Assembly (NCBI GenBank): GCA_016781485.1
Contig: JADDQH010000006.1
Span: 1 to 60,875 of the forward strand
DNA from: Chloroflexota bacterium
Lineage (GTDB): Bacteria; Chloroflexota; Limnocylindria; Limnocylindrales; CSP1-4
Reading direction: 5' to 3'
DNA length: 60,875 bases
The position numbers and the translations under genes are program-made. Of this stretch, positions 19,969-29,729 are shown piece after piece. The notes under the pieces are model-generated. The model did no database searches. It saw nothing but the letters and a program-made list of their open reading frames with translations, and was not told the DNA's origin. Position 1 is the stretch's first letter; every line of letters starts with the position of its first letter.

Positions 19969-22900
19969 CTAGCCGAGCGTTTCCCGGCGCCGCAACGCGA
20001 CCCGAGCCTGCCCTGACTCGAGTACGACCTCGCCGTGGTAGATGCCGTCGCCGAGGCCATCCTGATGGTCTGGCAACTCGCCCACGCGGACCTGATCGGC
20101 CAGCGTCTCGCTGGCGATGGCCGGGATGAACCGCTCGAGCCGTGCTGCGATCTCGAGGCCGGTGTCCAGCCACAGCTCGATCCGGTCGTCCAGCTCCAGC
20201 TCAGCCTCCTTGCGGAGGTCCTGTACCGCCCGCGTCAGCTCCCGTGCGTCGCCCTCGGCGCGGAGCTCATCGGTCAGGGTGGTGTCGAGAACGACGACGA
20301 TCCCCTCGTCGTGGGCAACCGCCGTCCCCGGCCGTGGTGTCGCGAGGATCTCGACCTCGTCGGGTCCGAGCGTCACCCCCGCCAGCCTCACGCTGCCGCC
20401 GGGAAGGAACTCCACCTCGTTCCCGCGAGCGGCAGCCATGACTGCAGGGACCCGGGCGCCGAGCTTCTTCCCGATCACCGGTAGCAGCGGCTTGACGCGC
20501 CGCTCGACCAGCTCGGACTCGTCGCCGATGAGCTCGACCGACTTGACGTTCAGCTCTTCCGCCAGCAGCGCCAGCAGCTCCCGTTGACCCGCGTCAGGAC
20601 CGGCGTCGGCGAGGCCGCGGGGTAGGGCGAGCCAGATCCGTGCCAGCGGCTGACGGACCCTGATGCCGGCCTGGTTGCGCAGTGTCCGACCGAGCTCGAC
20701 CGCCCGGAGCAGCATCGCCATCTGCTCCTCGAGTCGAACGTCCCGGTCGCCGGCGAGCTCCTCGTCCGGCCACCGCGTCAGATGGACCGAGTCCGGCGCG
20801 TCGGCGCCCACGCCCACCACCAGCACCTGGTGGATCTGCTCTGCGATGAACGGCAGCAGCGGCGCGACGATCCGGGCGAACCCGGACAGGGCGGCGTAAA
20901 GTGTCGCGAAGGCGGCATCGCGGTCCGCGCGGTCTTCGCTCCGCGAGAAACGCCGACGCGTACGGCGGAGGTACCACGTCGAGAGCTCCTCGATGTGGTG
21001 CCCGATCTTCTCCGCCGCGGCTCGTGCGTCGTAGTCCTCGAGGTCGCGCCGGACCTCGACGGCGAGACGAGCAGTGCGCGAGGCGATCCAGCGGTCGAGT
21101 ACGGGGCGCTTTCCGCTCGTCCCACGGGCGTGTTGCAGACCGCCGTCGCCGCGGTCGTCGACACGACCGCCACCGCCGTCGGCGACGCCCGAGTCGACGG
21201 GCCGCCACGCCGATAGCCGCGCGTAGGTGACGAAGAACGCGAACACGTTCCACAGGACGAGCAGTTCCCGCCGCGCCTCGTCCGCGGCGCGATACCCGAA
21301 CAGCATGTTGTCCTCGGGCCGCTGCTTCACGTACATCCAGCGCATGACGTCGACGCCGATCCGGTCCGCCGCCTCGTTGAACTCGATCGCGTTCCCCCAG
21401 CTCTTGTGCATCGGGCGGCCGTCTTCGGCAAGGAGCGTCGCGTATCCCAGGATCGTCCGGAACGGAGCGTCTCGGCGGAGGACCGTGCTCATGGCCAGGA
21501 GCGAGTAGAACCAGTTCCGGAACTGACCCGGGAAGCTCTCGGTGATGAAATCCGCCGGGAACCAGCGCTGCCAGTACTGGGGGTCGCTCCGGTAGAACAT
21601 CGTGCTGAACGGCACGATGCCCGCATCGAGCCAGGGGTTGCCGACGTCCCTGATCCGCTCGACCGACTCGCCGCAACCGCCGCAGCGGATCTTCACGGCG
21701 TCGACGAACGGCCGGTGAGGCGTGTGTCCCTCGAACGCCTCCCAGCCTTCGACCGCTCGTTCCTCCAGCTCCTCCCGGGAGCCGACGACGTCGACGCGTC
21801 CGCAGTTCGCGCAGTCGTAGATGGGCAGCGCGAGACCCCAATAGCGTTTCTTGCTGATCATCCAGTCGTGCATCGTGCGCAGCCAGTCGAGCTCGCGCTC
21901 GTACCCGAACCCGGGGATCCATCGGATCTGGTCGACGACGTCCATGATCTGGTAGCGCAGGCTCCGGTCGACCTGCTCCGGCGTCAGCTGCTCCCGCGGC
22001 ACGTCGTAGACCTCGCCCATCGAGATGTACCACTCGTCGACGAGGCGGAAGACGAGTGGCGTCCCGCATCTCCAGCAGTGCGGGTAGCGGTGGACGTACG
22101 CCTCCAGCCGGTAGAACCTCTTGTGCCACTTGAGGTGCTCCACGATGGGGTCCGTCACATCGCGCACGTCGCGGCCGGTCAACCACCCGAACCCCTCCAC
22201 GAACACGCCGTTGTCGTCGAGCGGGGCGACCGCGGGTAGCCCGAGCGTCTTGCCCAGCTGGTAGTCCTCGGCCCCGCACCCCGGTGCGATGTGGACGATC
22301 CCGGTCCCCTCCTCTTCCCCGACCTCGTCCCAGCCGACGACCCGGTGGACGTACGCGTCTGCCGGGCCCGTCCCCCGCCGCCTTCCCGCGCGCTCGCCGC
22401 CGGGTCCGAACGCCTGCTGCACCGCGGGGAGCTCGTCGAACGGTCCTTCGTACCTCCACCCCACCAGGTCGGTCCCCGGACGCTCCTCCAGCACCTCGAA
22501 CGGACCGTCGAGCGCCGACTTGAGGGTCCCCCTCCCGAGCCAGAACGTCTCGTCTCCCTGGTGGACCTTCACGTACCGGAGGTCCTCGCCGACGGCCGCG
22601 GCGACGTTGGAGGTCAAGGTCCAGGGGGTCGTCGTCCAGACGAGGAGCGACTCGCCTGGCCGATCGGTGAGGGGGAGCTTCACCGTGAGCCCAGGGTCCT
22701 CGCGGTCCTGGTAGCCCTCGTTCATCTCCATCTGCGACAGCCCGGTCCCGCAGCGTGCGCACCAGGGCATGGAGTCGTGTCCCTTGTAGAGCCAGCCCCG
22801 CCTGTGACACTCCGCGAGGAAGCCCCAGATGAGGTAGTTGTTCTCGTTCGAGAAGGTGAAGTACGAGCCGCCGAGGTCGGGCATGCCGAGCCGCCCGACG

Positions 22901-23454
22901 ATCATCTCCACGGTGTCGGTCACCGGCCCGTTCCTGCCCGCGACGGTGATGACGCGTCCGGGGTCTTCCGCGATCAGGTCGCGCAGCCTGCGCAGCTCGT
23001 TCGGGTCGTCCCAGTCCATCCACATCCCGAGTCTGATGGACTGCTCCGTCTGGAGCGCCGCGTAGTTCAGGACGCGCTGCTTGCACAGGTTCACGAACTC
23101 GGCGATGCCGTACCGCTCGATGTCGCGCTTGCTCGTGAACCCGAGCTCTCGCTCGACGTTCACCTCGACCCACAGTCCCTGGCAGTCGAAGCCGTTCTGC
23201 CAGCGCTGCTCGTGTCCGAGCATCGCGTTGAAGCGCTGGAACAGGTCCTTGTACGTCCGACCCCACCCGTGGTGGACGCCCATCGGCGCGTTGGCCGTGA
23301 TCGGCCCGTCGAGGAACGACCATCGCGGTCCGCCCACCGTTTGCCGCCGCAGCCGCGCGAACGCCTGCCGCTCACGCCAGAGCTGCAGGATCGCGTGCTC
23401 CTGACGGGCGAAGTCAGGCGGGTTCGGGACGGTCGTGAAGGGTGAGTCAGGCAC
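19969..23454 (-). CDS. ileS: Isoleucine--tRNA ligase, type 2, with GVHH signature
   Basis: FLDGPITAN.PMGVHH, GFDCQGL.VE, WTTTPWTL, GTGIVH.APG.G..DY, YPHCWRC, DW.IS..RYWG, PMHKSWGN, WY.RR.RRRF, type-2 C-terminus (EG.ARE..R.VQ.LRK). Confidence 0.96.
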   Translation of the reverse strand: MPDSPFTTVPNPPDFARQEHAILQLWRERQAFARLRRQTVGGPRWSFLDGPITANAPMGVHHGWGRTYKDLFQRFNAMLGHEQRWQNGFDCQGLWVEVNVERELGFTSKRDIERYGIAEFVNLCKQRVLNYAALQTEQSIRLGMWMDWDDPNELRRLRDLIAEDPGRVITVAGRNGPVTDTVEMIVGRLGMPDLGGSYFTFSNENNYLIWGFLAECHRRGWLYKGHDSMPWCARCGTGLSQMEMNEGYQDREDPGLTVKLPLTDRPGESLLVWTTTPWTLTSNVAAAVGEDLRYVKVHQGDETFWLGRGTLKSALDGPFEVLEERPGTDLVGWRYEGPFDELPAVQQAFGPGGERAGRRRGTGPADAYVHRVVGWDEVGEEEGTGIVHIAPGCGAEDYQLGKTLGLPAVAPLDDNGVFVEGFGWLTGRDVRDVTDPIVEHLKWHKRFYRLEAYVHRYPHCWRCGTPLVFRLVDEWYISMGEVYDVPREQLTPEQVDRSLRYQIMDVVDQIRWIPGFGYERELDWLRTMHDWMISKKRYWGLALPIYDCANCGRVDVVGSREELEERAVEGWEAFEGHTPHRPFVDAVKIRCGGCGESVERIRDVGNPWLDAGIVPFSTMFYRSDPQYWQRWFPADFITESFPGQFRNWFYSLLAMSTVLRRDAPFRTILGYATLLAEDGRPMHKSWGNAIEFNEAADRIGVDVMRWMYVKQRPEDNMLFGYRAADEARRELLVLWNVFAFFVTYARLSAWRPVDSGVADGGGGRVDDRGDGGLQHARGTSGKRPVLDRWIASRTARLAVEVRRDLEDYDARAAAEKIGHHIEELSTWYLRRTRRRFSRSEDRADRDAAFATLYAALSGFARIVAPLLPFIAEQIHQVLVVGVGADAPDSVHLTRWPDEELAGDRDVRLEEQMAMLLRAVELGRTLRNQAGIRVRQPLARIWLALPRGLADAGPDAGQRELLALLAEELNVKSVELIGDESELVERRVKPLLPVIGKKLGARVPAVMAAARGNEVEFLPGGSVRLAGVTLGPDEVEILATPRPGTAVAHDEGIVVVLDTTLTDELRAEGDARELTRAVQDLRKEAELELDDRIELWLDTGLEIAARLERFIPAIASETLADQVRVGELPDHQDGLGDGIYHGEVVLESGQARVALRRRETLG

Positions 23455-23562
23455 GGACGGTCACAGGGGGGCTACGAGGGATGACGGTCCGAACAGGATA
23501 CCGAACGCCGGTGTCGCGACGGTGACTGCGTCGGTCGCAGGCGAGAAGCCGCCGGCGACCCG

Positions 23563-25323
23563 CTATGCCTTTTCGGTGACGCGGTACTCGAGGTAGCGGC
23601 CGGTCATCAGGCGGGTCTGCGCGTCGAGCGCGGGGAGGTTGGTGAACAGGATGCCGACCACGGGGACGGCCGCCCACTGCAGGTACTTGATGAGCCCCCC
23701 GAGACGCCCCCACGTGCGCGGCACGGGTGGTGCCAGCTGGTCCTCGATGTAGGCCAGGACGATGAGTGCGGTGAGCGCCGCGGTGAGCATGATCGACGAG
23801 TAGAAAGGCAGGTTCTGCCCGAGGGTCGTGCTCCTGAACGCGGGGTTCAGGAGGAGCGGCAGGTTCGAGCCGAAGATGAGCACGAACGGGGCGATCGCCC
23901 AGTTGATGTGGTCCGACCACAGGAAGGCGAGTCTCCGCACTCGCAGACGAAGCGGGATCTCTCGGTGCGACAGCGCCTGGCGAACGTAGAAGGGGATGTC
24001 GGTCACGCCATATGCCCACCGCCGGATCTGCGTGTACTGCTGCGCAAGGGTCCGGGGATACGACTTCGCCCGCACGGCGTCACCGTAGATCGGGATGAAC
24101 AGGGGCTCCGCGCGGAACGAGCCGGCGTACGTGAAGAAGCTGCGCCAGTAGAACCTGGAGTCCTCGGGGATGGCGTCGGTCGCCCAGTAGCCGACGTCAT
24201 GGACGGTCTGCAACGCGACGGAGTACGAGCTGAAGCTGATCAGCCGCTCGCGGTTCAACGATCGCCACATATGGACGTGACTGGAACCGATCGCGACAAG
24301 GCGGACCGGCAGCGGGACTTCCCACAGATTGTTGTGGAACAACGGGACCGGTTGATAGAGCCGCCGTTCTCGATCCGGGTCAACGGCGAACTGGTAGGCG
24401 AGGTGGGCCAGGTACTGCCGATGGACGCGGTAGTCGGAGTCGAGGTCGGTGACGAGGACGCGCGTCGCGTCGTAGCCACGCTCGACGAGCTCCCGGTAGA
24501 GCCAGCGTCCTCCGTAGGCCATCGCGCTCGACTTGCCGACCACGATGCCCGGGTCGAGCGGGTCGAGGATGTGGAAGAAATGAGCGAACCGGTCCCCGAA
24601 GATCTCCCGCAGCCGCGCGACGTTCTCGCGTCCGCCGTGGTCGGTCTCGCGCGTGATGATCGCGACGATCTTCCGCTCACTCGGCCACTCTGCCGCGACG
24701 AGGGCGACCAACGTCTCGTAGAGCTTCTCGAAGGGTTCCGTGTACGTCGGGATCAGGGCGACCTGGACGATCGATTCGGGGTCGACGACGTCGACCCGTG
24801 TCGCCTGGAGCCGGCGTACCTCGTTGAGCTCGGTCTCGATCAGGTGGGCTACCCGCTTCCCCCCTCTTGCCGCCAGGCGCTCGCCGCGCCGCTGCAGCTC
24901 GGCCACCCGCTGCAGCACGGCGTCGAGACGCGCGACGAGGACCCGCTCACGGGCCGGGAGATCCCGCAGTCCCCTCAACCGATCCGTCCAATCGAAGGCC
25001 AGCACCGTGCGCATCCGGAGATAGGCGACGCCCACGCTCGCGGCAAGCACCGTCCCTCGCGCGAGCCAGTAGAAGTCGAACGAGAGCACGAACCAGGCGA
25101 CCAGCTCCGGGTAGCCCACGCTCGACACGATCAGCGACACGATGAGGAGCCACGTGATGAGGCCGGGGAGGATCTCGAGGATCCGGACGACGTGCGGCGA
25201 CAGTTCGGTGCGCGTGCCCGGGAAGGTGGCCGCAGCCGGGGCGCTCCGGCTCGCCTCGACCGCCTGCGGGGCGCCCGCAGGAGTGGTCGCCGGAGATGTG
25301 GGGCCGGAAGGCGGCGGCGTCAT
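23563..25323 (-). CDS. Membrane-embedded GT2 glycosyltransferase (processive synthase-like)
   Basis: Two N-terminal TM helices, IPTYTEP, GKSSAM, DLDSD (DxD), IPEDS, QIRRWAYG (QxxRW), and C-terminal TM helices. Confidence 0.85.
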   Translation of the reverse strand: MTPPPSGPTSPATTPAGAPQAVEASRSAPAAATFPGTRTELSPHVVRILEILPGLITWLLIVSLIVSSVGYPELVAWFVLSFDFYWLARGTVLAASVGVAYLRMRTVLAFDWTDRLRGLRDLPARERVLVARLDAVLQRVAELQRRGERLAARGGKRVAHLIETELNEVRRLQATRVDVVDPESIVQVALIPTYTEPFEKLYETLVALVAAEWPSERKIVAIITRETDHGGRENVARLREIFGDRFAHFFHILDPLDPGIVVGKSSAMAYGGRWLYRELVERGYDATRVLVTDLDSDYRVHRQYLAHLAYQFAVDPDRERRLYQPVPLFHNNLWEVPLPVRLVAIGSSHVHMWRSLNRERLISFSSYSVALQTVHDVGYWATDAIPEDSRFYWRSFFTYAGSFRAEPLFIPIYGDAVRAKSYPRTLAQQYTQIRRWAYGVTDIPFYVRQALSHREIPLRLRVRRLAFLWSDHINWAIAPFVLIFGSNLPLLLNPAFRSTTLGQNLPFYSSIMLTAALTALIVLAYIEDQLAPPVPRTWGRLGGLIKYLQWAAVPVVGILFTNLPALDAQTRLMTGRYLEYRVTEKA

Positions 25324-25371
25324 CTGGCCTGGCTCAGCGACCGCGGATGTCGTCGGCCGCGGGTCGGCGTT

Positions 25372-26412
25372 TCAGAAGATCGGGGTCAGCCAGTGCGAGT
25401 AGGCAGGAAGCCGACCACGCACCGCGTCGAAGTAGAGGTCCTTGACGCTCTGGGTGACCGGGCCGATGCGGCCCGTCCCGATCGCCCGATGGTCGATCGA
25501 GATCACAGGCGAGATCTGCGCGCCCGTCCCACACAGCAGGACCTCGTCGGCGACGTACAGCTCCGATCGATCGATCGAGCGCTCGACCGTCTCGATGCCC
25601 AGCTCGTTGCGCGCGATCTCCATCAGCCCCGTCCGGGTGATGCCCTCCAGGATGTCGTCCGTCACGGCCGGGGTGATCAGCTTGCCGTCGCGGACGATGA
25701 ACAGGTTCTCGGCACTGCCTTCGGACGCATGGCCGTCGAGCGTCAGCACGATCGCCTCGTCGTACCCGTTCAGTTGCGCTTCCGTCTTCGCGAACGCGCT
25801 GTTGACGTACGCGCCCACGATCTTCGACCGAGCGGGGATGGAGACGTCGCTGTTCCGGCGCCACGAGACGGTCTGTGCGCTGATGCCGCCGGTGGTGTCG
25901 ATGTACTCGCCGAACGGGATCGAGAAGATCACGAGGTTGCTATCGAGGTTGTGGAGCCGGACGCCGATCAGCTCGCTCGACTTGTACGCGGTGGGCCGGA
26001 TGTACACGTCCTCGCGCAGCCCGTTCCGGCGCAGCAGCTCGACCGTGATCTCCACCAGCTCCTCGGCGGTGTGGCCGAGATCGATGAGCATGATCTTGGC
26101 GGAGTTCTGAAAGCGGCGGAAGTGCTCCAGGAGCTTGAGCCCGTAGAGCTGGCCCTGCTCCTGGTTCCAGTAGGCGCGGATCCCCTCGAAAGTCGCGGTC
26201 CCATACAGGAACCCGTGGGTCATGACGCCGATCTTGGCGTCGACGAGGGGGACGAACTCGCGGCCGAAGTAACACTCGAGATCCACGGCGCCGGGGAGAC
26301 GACCGGTCGCTTCAAGCGACGCGACGGCCGGTACCGGAGTGGCCTCCTCTGTCGCGTCGCTCGGGTCGAGTGGCGCGTGGGCAGGCCTCTCGGCCGTCTG
26401 TCTAGTGAGCAT
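25372..26412 (-). CDS. ilvE: Branched-chain amino acid aminotransferase (fold IV)
   Basis: YGTATFEGIRAY, YIRP, SK..GAYVNS, GYDEAI.L, EGS.ENLF, LEGITR, E...CGTGAQI; ATG 26412 lies 8 nt after TATACT. Confidence 0.93.
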   Translation of the reverse strand: MLTRQTAERPAHAPLDPSDATEEATPVPAVASLEATGRLPGAVDLECYFGREFVPLVDAKIGVMTHGFLYGTATFEGIRAYWNQEQGQLYGLKLLEHFRRFQNSAKIMLIDLGHTAEELVEITVELLRRNGLREDVYIRPTAYKSSELIGVRLHNLDSNLVIFSIPFGEYIDTTGGISAQTVSWRRNSDVSIPARSKIVGAYVNSAFAKTEAQLNGYDEAIVLTLDGHASEGSAENLFIVRDGKLITPAVTDDILEGITRTGLMEIARNELGIETVERSIDRSELYVADEVLLCGTGAQISPVISIDHRAIGTGRIGPVTQSVKDLYFDAVRGRLPAYSHWLTPIF

Positions 26413-27514
26413 CCGGGCCGAGTATACCGGAGAGCCACCCGGCGACCGACGCGCCCACGAGGGCGAGATACAGGGCGTAGAACACACCCCCGAGCAGCAG
26501 CGAGCGTCCGGTGAGGATGCCCCTCGTCATCATCGGGACGAAGATCACCGCGGTCGACACGAAGGCGATCCCGGCCGACGCGAACGTCACGATCGACGCG
26601 GACGAGATGGCCCAGCTCTCGGCCGCGAACAGCAGCGCGACGACGACGGGGATGCAGGACTGGAACACCATGGCGCCGGTGATGTTCCCGAGCGCGAGCG
26701 TGTCCTTCCCCTGCCTGATCCAGATGATGCTGTTGAACTTCTCGGGGAGCTCGGTCGCGATGGGCGCCACGACCAAAGCGAGGATCGCGGGCGCGACCCT
26801 GAGCTGCGTCGCCAGGTGCTCGACGGCGTCCACGAACACGACCGCGCCGATGAGGATCAGGCCGAGTGAGACGAGCACCTGACCGACGACGACGCGCAAC
26901 CGCGGCGCGTGAGGGTCCTGACGGTAGCCGGTCACGTCGACGCGATGGAAGCGGAGTGGCGCGAGGTCGACCTCGACGTCTTCCGTGCTCTCGACCCCTG
27001 CCTCGCCGACGAAATGCGCACGCACGTAGAGGGCGTAGAGCACGACGAGCAGGACGGCGGCTCCGACGCGGACCGGGCCGGACCAGGCCGCGTCCGCGGG
27101 CAGGAACGCGGCCGCCACAGCGATCCCGTACGTCATCAGGAAGTAGCGGATGTCCTTGCCCAGGACCCCGGTGTCGACGGGCATGCGGTCGCCCCGGGGG
27201 CGCCGACGTGCCTGGGCCAGGACGGCGGCACCCGTGACGAACATCGCGAGCGTCGACAGCATGAAGGGTGCTCCCAGGATGGCTCCGACACCGATCTCGT
27301 GCGAGTCCTGCACGGCAGCACCTGCCGTCGGCACGAGGATCGCGACCATCGGGATCATCGTTTCGGGAAGAGCAGTCCCAACGGCGGCGAGGACGCTTCC
27401 CACGGCCCCCTCGGCCAGCTTCAGTTTGTGCCCGAACCACTCGATCCCGTTGGTGAACAGCTCGGCGCCGAACAGGATCACCACGAGTGCGACGAGGAGA
27501 AAGAGAACGTCCAC
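26402..27514 (-). CDS. Sodium:calcium antiporter (CaCA family)
   Basis: Alpha-1 repeat AAVGTALPE...GAILGAPF and alpha-2 repeat APIATELPE...ALGNITGA; about 10 hydrophobic segments. Confidence 0.88.
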   Translation of the reverse strand: MDVLFLLVALVVILFGAELFTNGIEWFGHKLKLAEGAVGSVLAAVGTALPETMIPMVAILVPTAGAAVQDSHEIGVGAILGAPFMLSTLAMFVTGAAVLAQARRRPRGDRMPVDTGVLGKDIRYFLMTYGIAVAAAFLPADAAWSGPVRVGAAVLLVVLYALYVRAHFVGEAGVESTEDVEVDLAPLRFHRVDVTGYRQDPHAPRLRVVVGQVLVSLGLILIGAVVFVDAVEHLATQLRVAPAILALVVAPIATELPEKFNSIIWIRQGKDTLALGNITGAMVFQSCIPVVVALLFAAESWAISSASIVTFASAGIAFVSTAVIFVPMMTRGILTGRSLLLGGVFYALYLALVGASVAGWLSGILGPDAH

Positions 27515-27528
27515 GCTCGGCGCCGCCC

Positions 27529-27891
27529 TTACCCGAGCGTCAGTGCGACTGCGACGGACAAGGCAAGGACGGCAAGCACGCTCGCCGCGACCGCCGTCGC
27601 GTATCGGTCCCCTGCCCGCGCGTAGCCGGCGAGCGCGAGCGTGACGCGCGCCGACGGGAGGGCGAGGATCAGCAGGAGCCCGAGCCACAGGAACCCCTCG
27701 GGTCGCAGCGCGAGCAGATCCGACACCATCCGACCCAGCTCCACGGGCGGAGCCGCCGTCTCGAACGGCGCGCGCCCGGCCGCTAGGCTGAGCAACGACG
27801 CAGCGGCGACGACGAGGACGCTCGACAACGTCCCCGCACTCAGGAGGCGCGCGATCCTGTCGATCGTCGCGTCGGCACGTGTCTCAGTCAC
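27529..27891 (-). CDS. DUF1634 family membrane protein
   Basis: IARLL..G, LGLLLILALP.ARV; three TM helices; overlaps the end of a TauE gene, a common pairing. Confidence 0.75.
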   Translation of the reverse strand: MTETRADATIDRIARLLSAGTLSSVLVVAAASLLSLAAGRAPFETAAPPVELGRMVSDLLALRPEGFLWLGLLLILALPSARVTLALAGYARAGDRYATAVAASVLAVLALSVAVALTLG

Positions 27892-28864
27892 GAGGCACCG
27901 CCAGGAGTGAGAAGCCGAGCGCGCGTGCGGCCATCTCGATCGAGACATACATGAGCACCGCCACGAAGAGCAGCCGCAGGATCGGCACCGGGACCCGGTG
28001 CGACATGCGCGAAGCCGCCGAGGCTCCGACGAACACGCCGGCGACCACGGGGGCCGCGACGTACGGGTCGACTGCTCCGCGAAGGAGATAGAAGACCGCG
28101 CTCGCCGACGCCGTGACGCCGATCATCAGGTTGCTCGTCGCGGTGGCGACGCGCAACGGCACACCCATCACCAGGTGCATGACGGGGACCTTCACGAGTC
28201 CTCCCCCGACACCCATGAGGGCGGCCACGATCCCGGCGAATGCGCTCAACGAGAAGCCGAGGGGCAGCCGGCGGACGACGTACGACTCCCCGCGGCCCGC
28301 GCCCGCCGGAGCATCTGCGGTTCTCCGCGTCTCCGCGTCGTCCGCCTCGCCACCCGTCCCGGTAGCACGATCGACGCCAGTGGCGTCGGAAGAACCAGCC
28401 ACCGCCGCGTCACCGAGACCGGTGGCAAGCGTCGCACGCGGGGAGGGCGTCGACGACAGTTCGGTGTCGACCCCCGGCGGGGTCATCGCGGCTGTTCGGT
28501 CCCGCCGTCCCGCGCGAAGCATCGTGAAGCTGGTGTAGGCAAGCATCATGGCGAACCCGGCGGCGAGCAAGCGTTCCGATAGCGCGAAGGCGATCAGACC
28601 GCCCACGAGCCCGCCGACGGCCGTTGCGAGCTCGAGCGTCATACCGAGTCGCAGATCCGCGACCCGCCGCTCCAGGTAGACCGCGGCGCCGGCGGACGAG
28701 GTCGTGATCACGGCGAGCAGGCTGACCGCGACGGCCTCGCGGAAGGACACGCCGAACACGAGCGTCAGGAACGGCACGATCAGGATCCCGCCGCCGAGAC
28801 CGAGGAGCGCACCGAACGCCCCGGCGACGGCACCGCCGCCGGCCAGCAGGAGCGTCAGCGCCAC
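27884..28864 (-). CDS. Sulfite exporter TauE/SafE family permease
   Basis: GALLGLGGG..IVP and a second repeat G.VAALMGVGGG..KVP, ATATSN.MIG.TA. Confidence 0.88.
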   Translation of the reverse strand: MALTLLLAGGGAVAGAFGALLGLGGGILIVPFLTLVFGVSFREAVAVSLLAVITTSSAGAAVYLERRVADLRLGMTLELATAVGGLVGGLIAFALSERLLAAGFAMMLAYTSFTMLRAGRRDRTAAMTPPGVDTELSSTPSPRATLATGLGDAAVAGSSDATGVDRATGTGGEADDAETRRTADAPAGAGRGESYVVRRLPLGFSLSAFAGIVAALMGVGGGLVKVPVMHLVMGVPLRVATATSNLMIGVTASASAVFYLLRGAVDPYVAAPVVAGVFVGASAASRMSHRVPVPILRLLFVAVLMYVSIEMAARALGFSLLAVPRD

Positions 28865-28912
28865 GGAACCGGTCCCGTCAGCGCGGCCACTCCGCGCTCG
28901 AGGGCGGCGGCG

Positions 28913-29179
28913 CTAGGGCCGGAGGTGTTGAGGCGCGTACGGGAGCAGCGCCACATGCCGCGCGCGTTTGAGGGCGATCGAAAGCTCACGCTGGTGCTCG
29001 GCGCACGTGCCGGTCTTCCGGCGCGGCTCGATCTTCGCGCGCTCGGACAGGTAGCGGCGAAGCCGATTGATCTCCTTGTAGTCGATCTGCACGCTGTTGT
29101 CCGCGCAGAACGAGCAGACCTTGCGGCGGCGGCGATCTCGATAGAAGTCGTCACGTCGGCGGGAGCGCGTCGGGGGCAT
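28913..29179 (-). CDS. rpsR: 30S ribosomal protein S18
   Basis: [12 protein letters not shown]....[21 protein letters not shown]....A.KRAR..ALLPY. Confidence 0.97.
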   Translation of the reverse strand: MPPTRSRRRDDFYRDRRRRKVCSFCADNSVQIDYKEINRLRRYLSERAKIEPRRKTGTCAEHQRELSIALKRARHVALLPYAPQHLRP

Positions 29180-29227
29180 CTGGTTCCTCTCGCTTGTGGG
29201 TGATCGGAAAGGCTGGTCGTGAAGTCG

Positions 29228-29674
29228 TCAGAACGGTAGATCGTCGTAGTCGTTGGGGCCCTCGGGCGATCCGCCGTCCGGAGTCCCACGCGATGGTCGA
29301 CTCGCGCGGGCGGGCTCCCCTCCCGCGAAGTCGCCCTCGTCGCGAGGTCGAGGGTCGAGCGCGGTCACGGTGTTCGCGATGACCTCGGTCGTGTACCGCT
29401 TCTGCCCGTCCTGCCCTTCCCACTGCCGGGTCTGGAGACGACCCTCGACGTAGACCTTGCGGCCCTTCCGGAGGTTCTCGGCGGTGCGTTCGGCGAGAGC
29501 CGCCCACGCCACCACCCGGAACCACTCGGTCTCCTCGCGCCACTCGCCCTGCGGATCCTTGAAGTTCCGATTGACCGCGACCGTGAACTGCGTGACCGCC
29601 TGGCCGCTCGGCGTGTAGCGCATCTCGGGGTCCCGCCCCAGGTTGCCGATGATCATCACCTTGTTCAGCGACAC
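29228..29674 (-). CDS. ssb: Single-stranded DNA-binding protein
   Basis: LNKVMIIGNLGRDPE.RYT, W.RVVAW, KG.KVYVEGRL.TR.W, and the DDLPF tail. Confidence 0.97.
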   Translation of the reverse strand: MSLNKVMIIGNLGRDPEMRYTPSGQAVTQFTVAVNRNFKDPQGEWREETEWFRVVAWAALAERTAENLRKGRKVYVEGRLQTRQWEGQDGQKRYTTEVIANTVTALDPRPRDEGDFAGGEPARASRPSRGTPDGGSPEGPNDYDDLPF

Positions 29675-29729
29675 GGCTTCCGGCTCCTGCTACACGGCGG
29701 ACGTGTGGATCGATGCGAGCCCGGCGTCA

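Noticed and set aside
23455-23562. Possible T-box riboswitch upstream of ileS
   Set aside because: The region is only about 108 nt and has no GGTGGnACCGCG T-box sequence or specifier stem; it holds only a TATCCT -10-like element.
15066-26514. Very long alternative-frame ORFs (e.g. 15066-17741 +, 20594-23323 -, 23908-26514 +; also 57983-60214 -)
   Set aside because: These are shadow ORFs over priA, ileS, GT2/ilvE and the hydrolase. They are expected at high GC, are R/P/A/G-rich and have no recognisable motifs.
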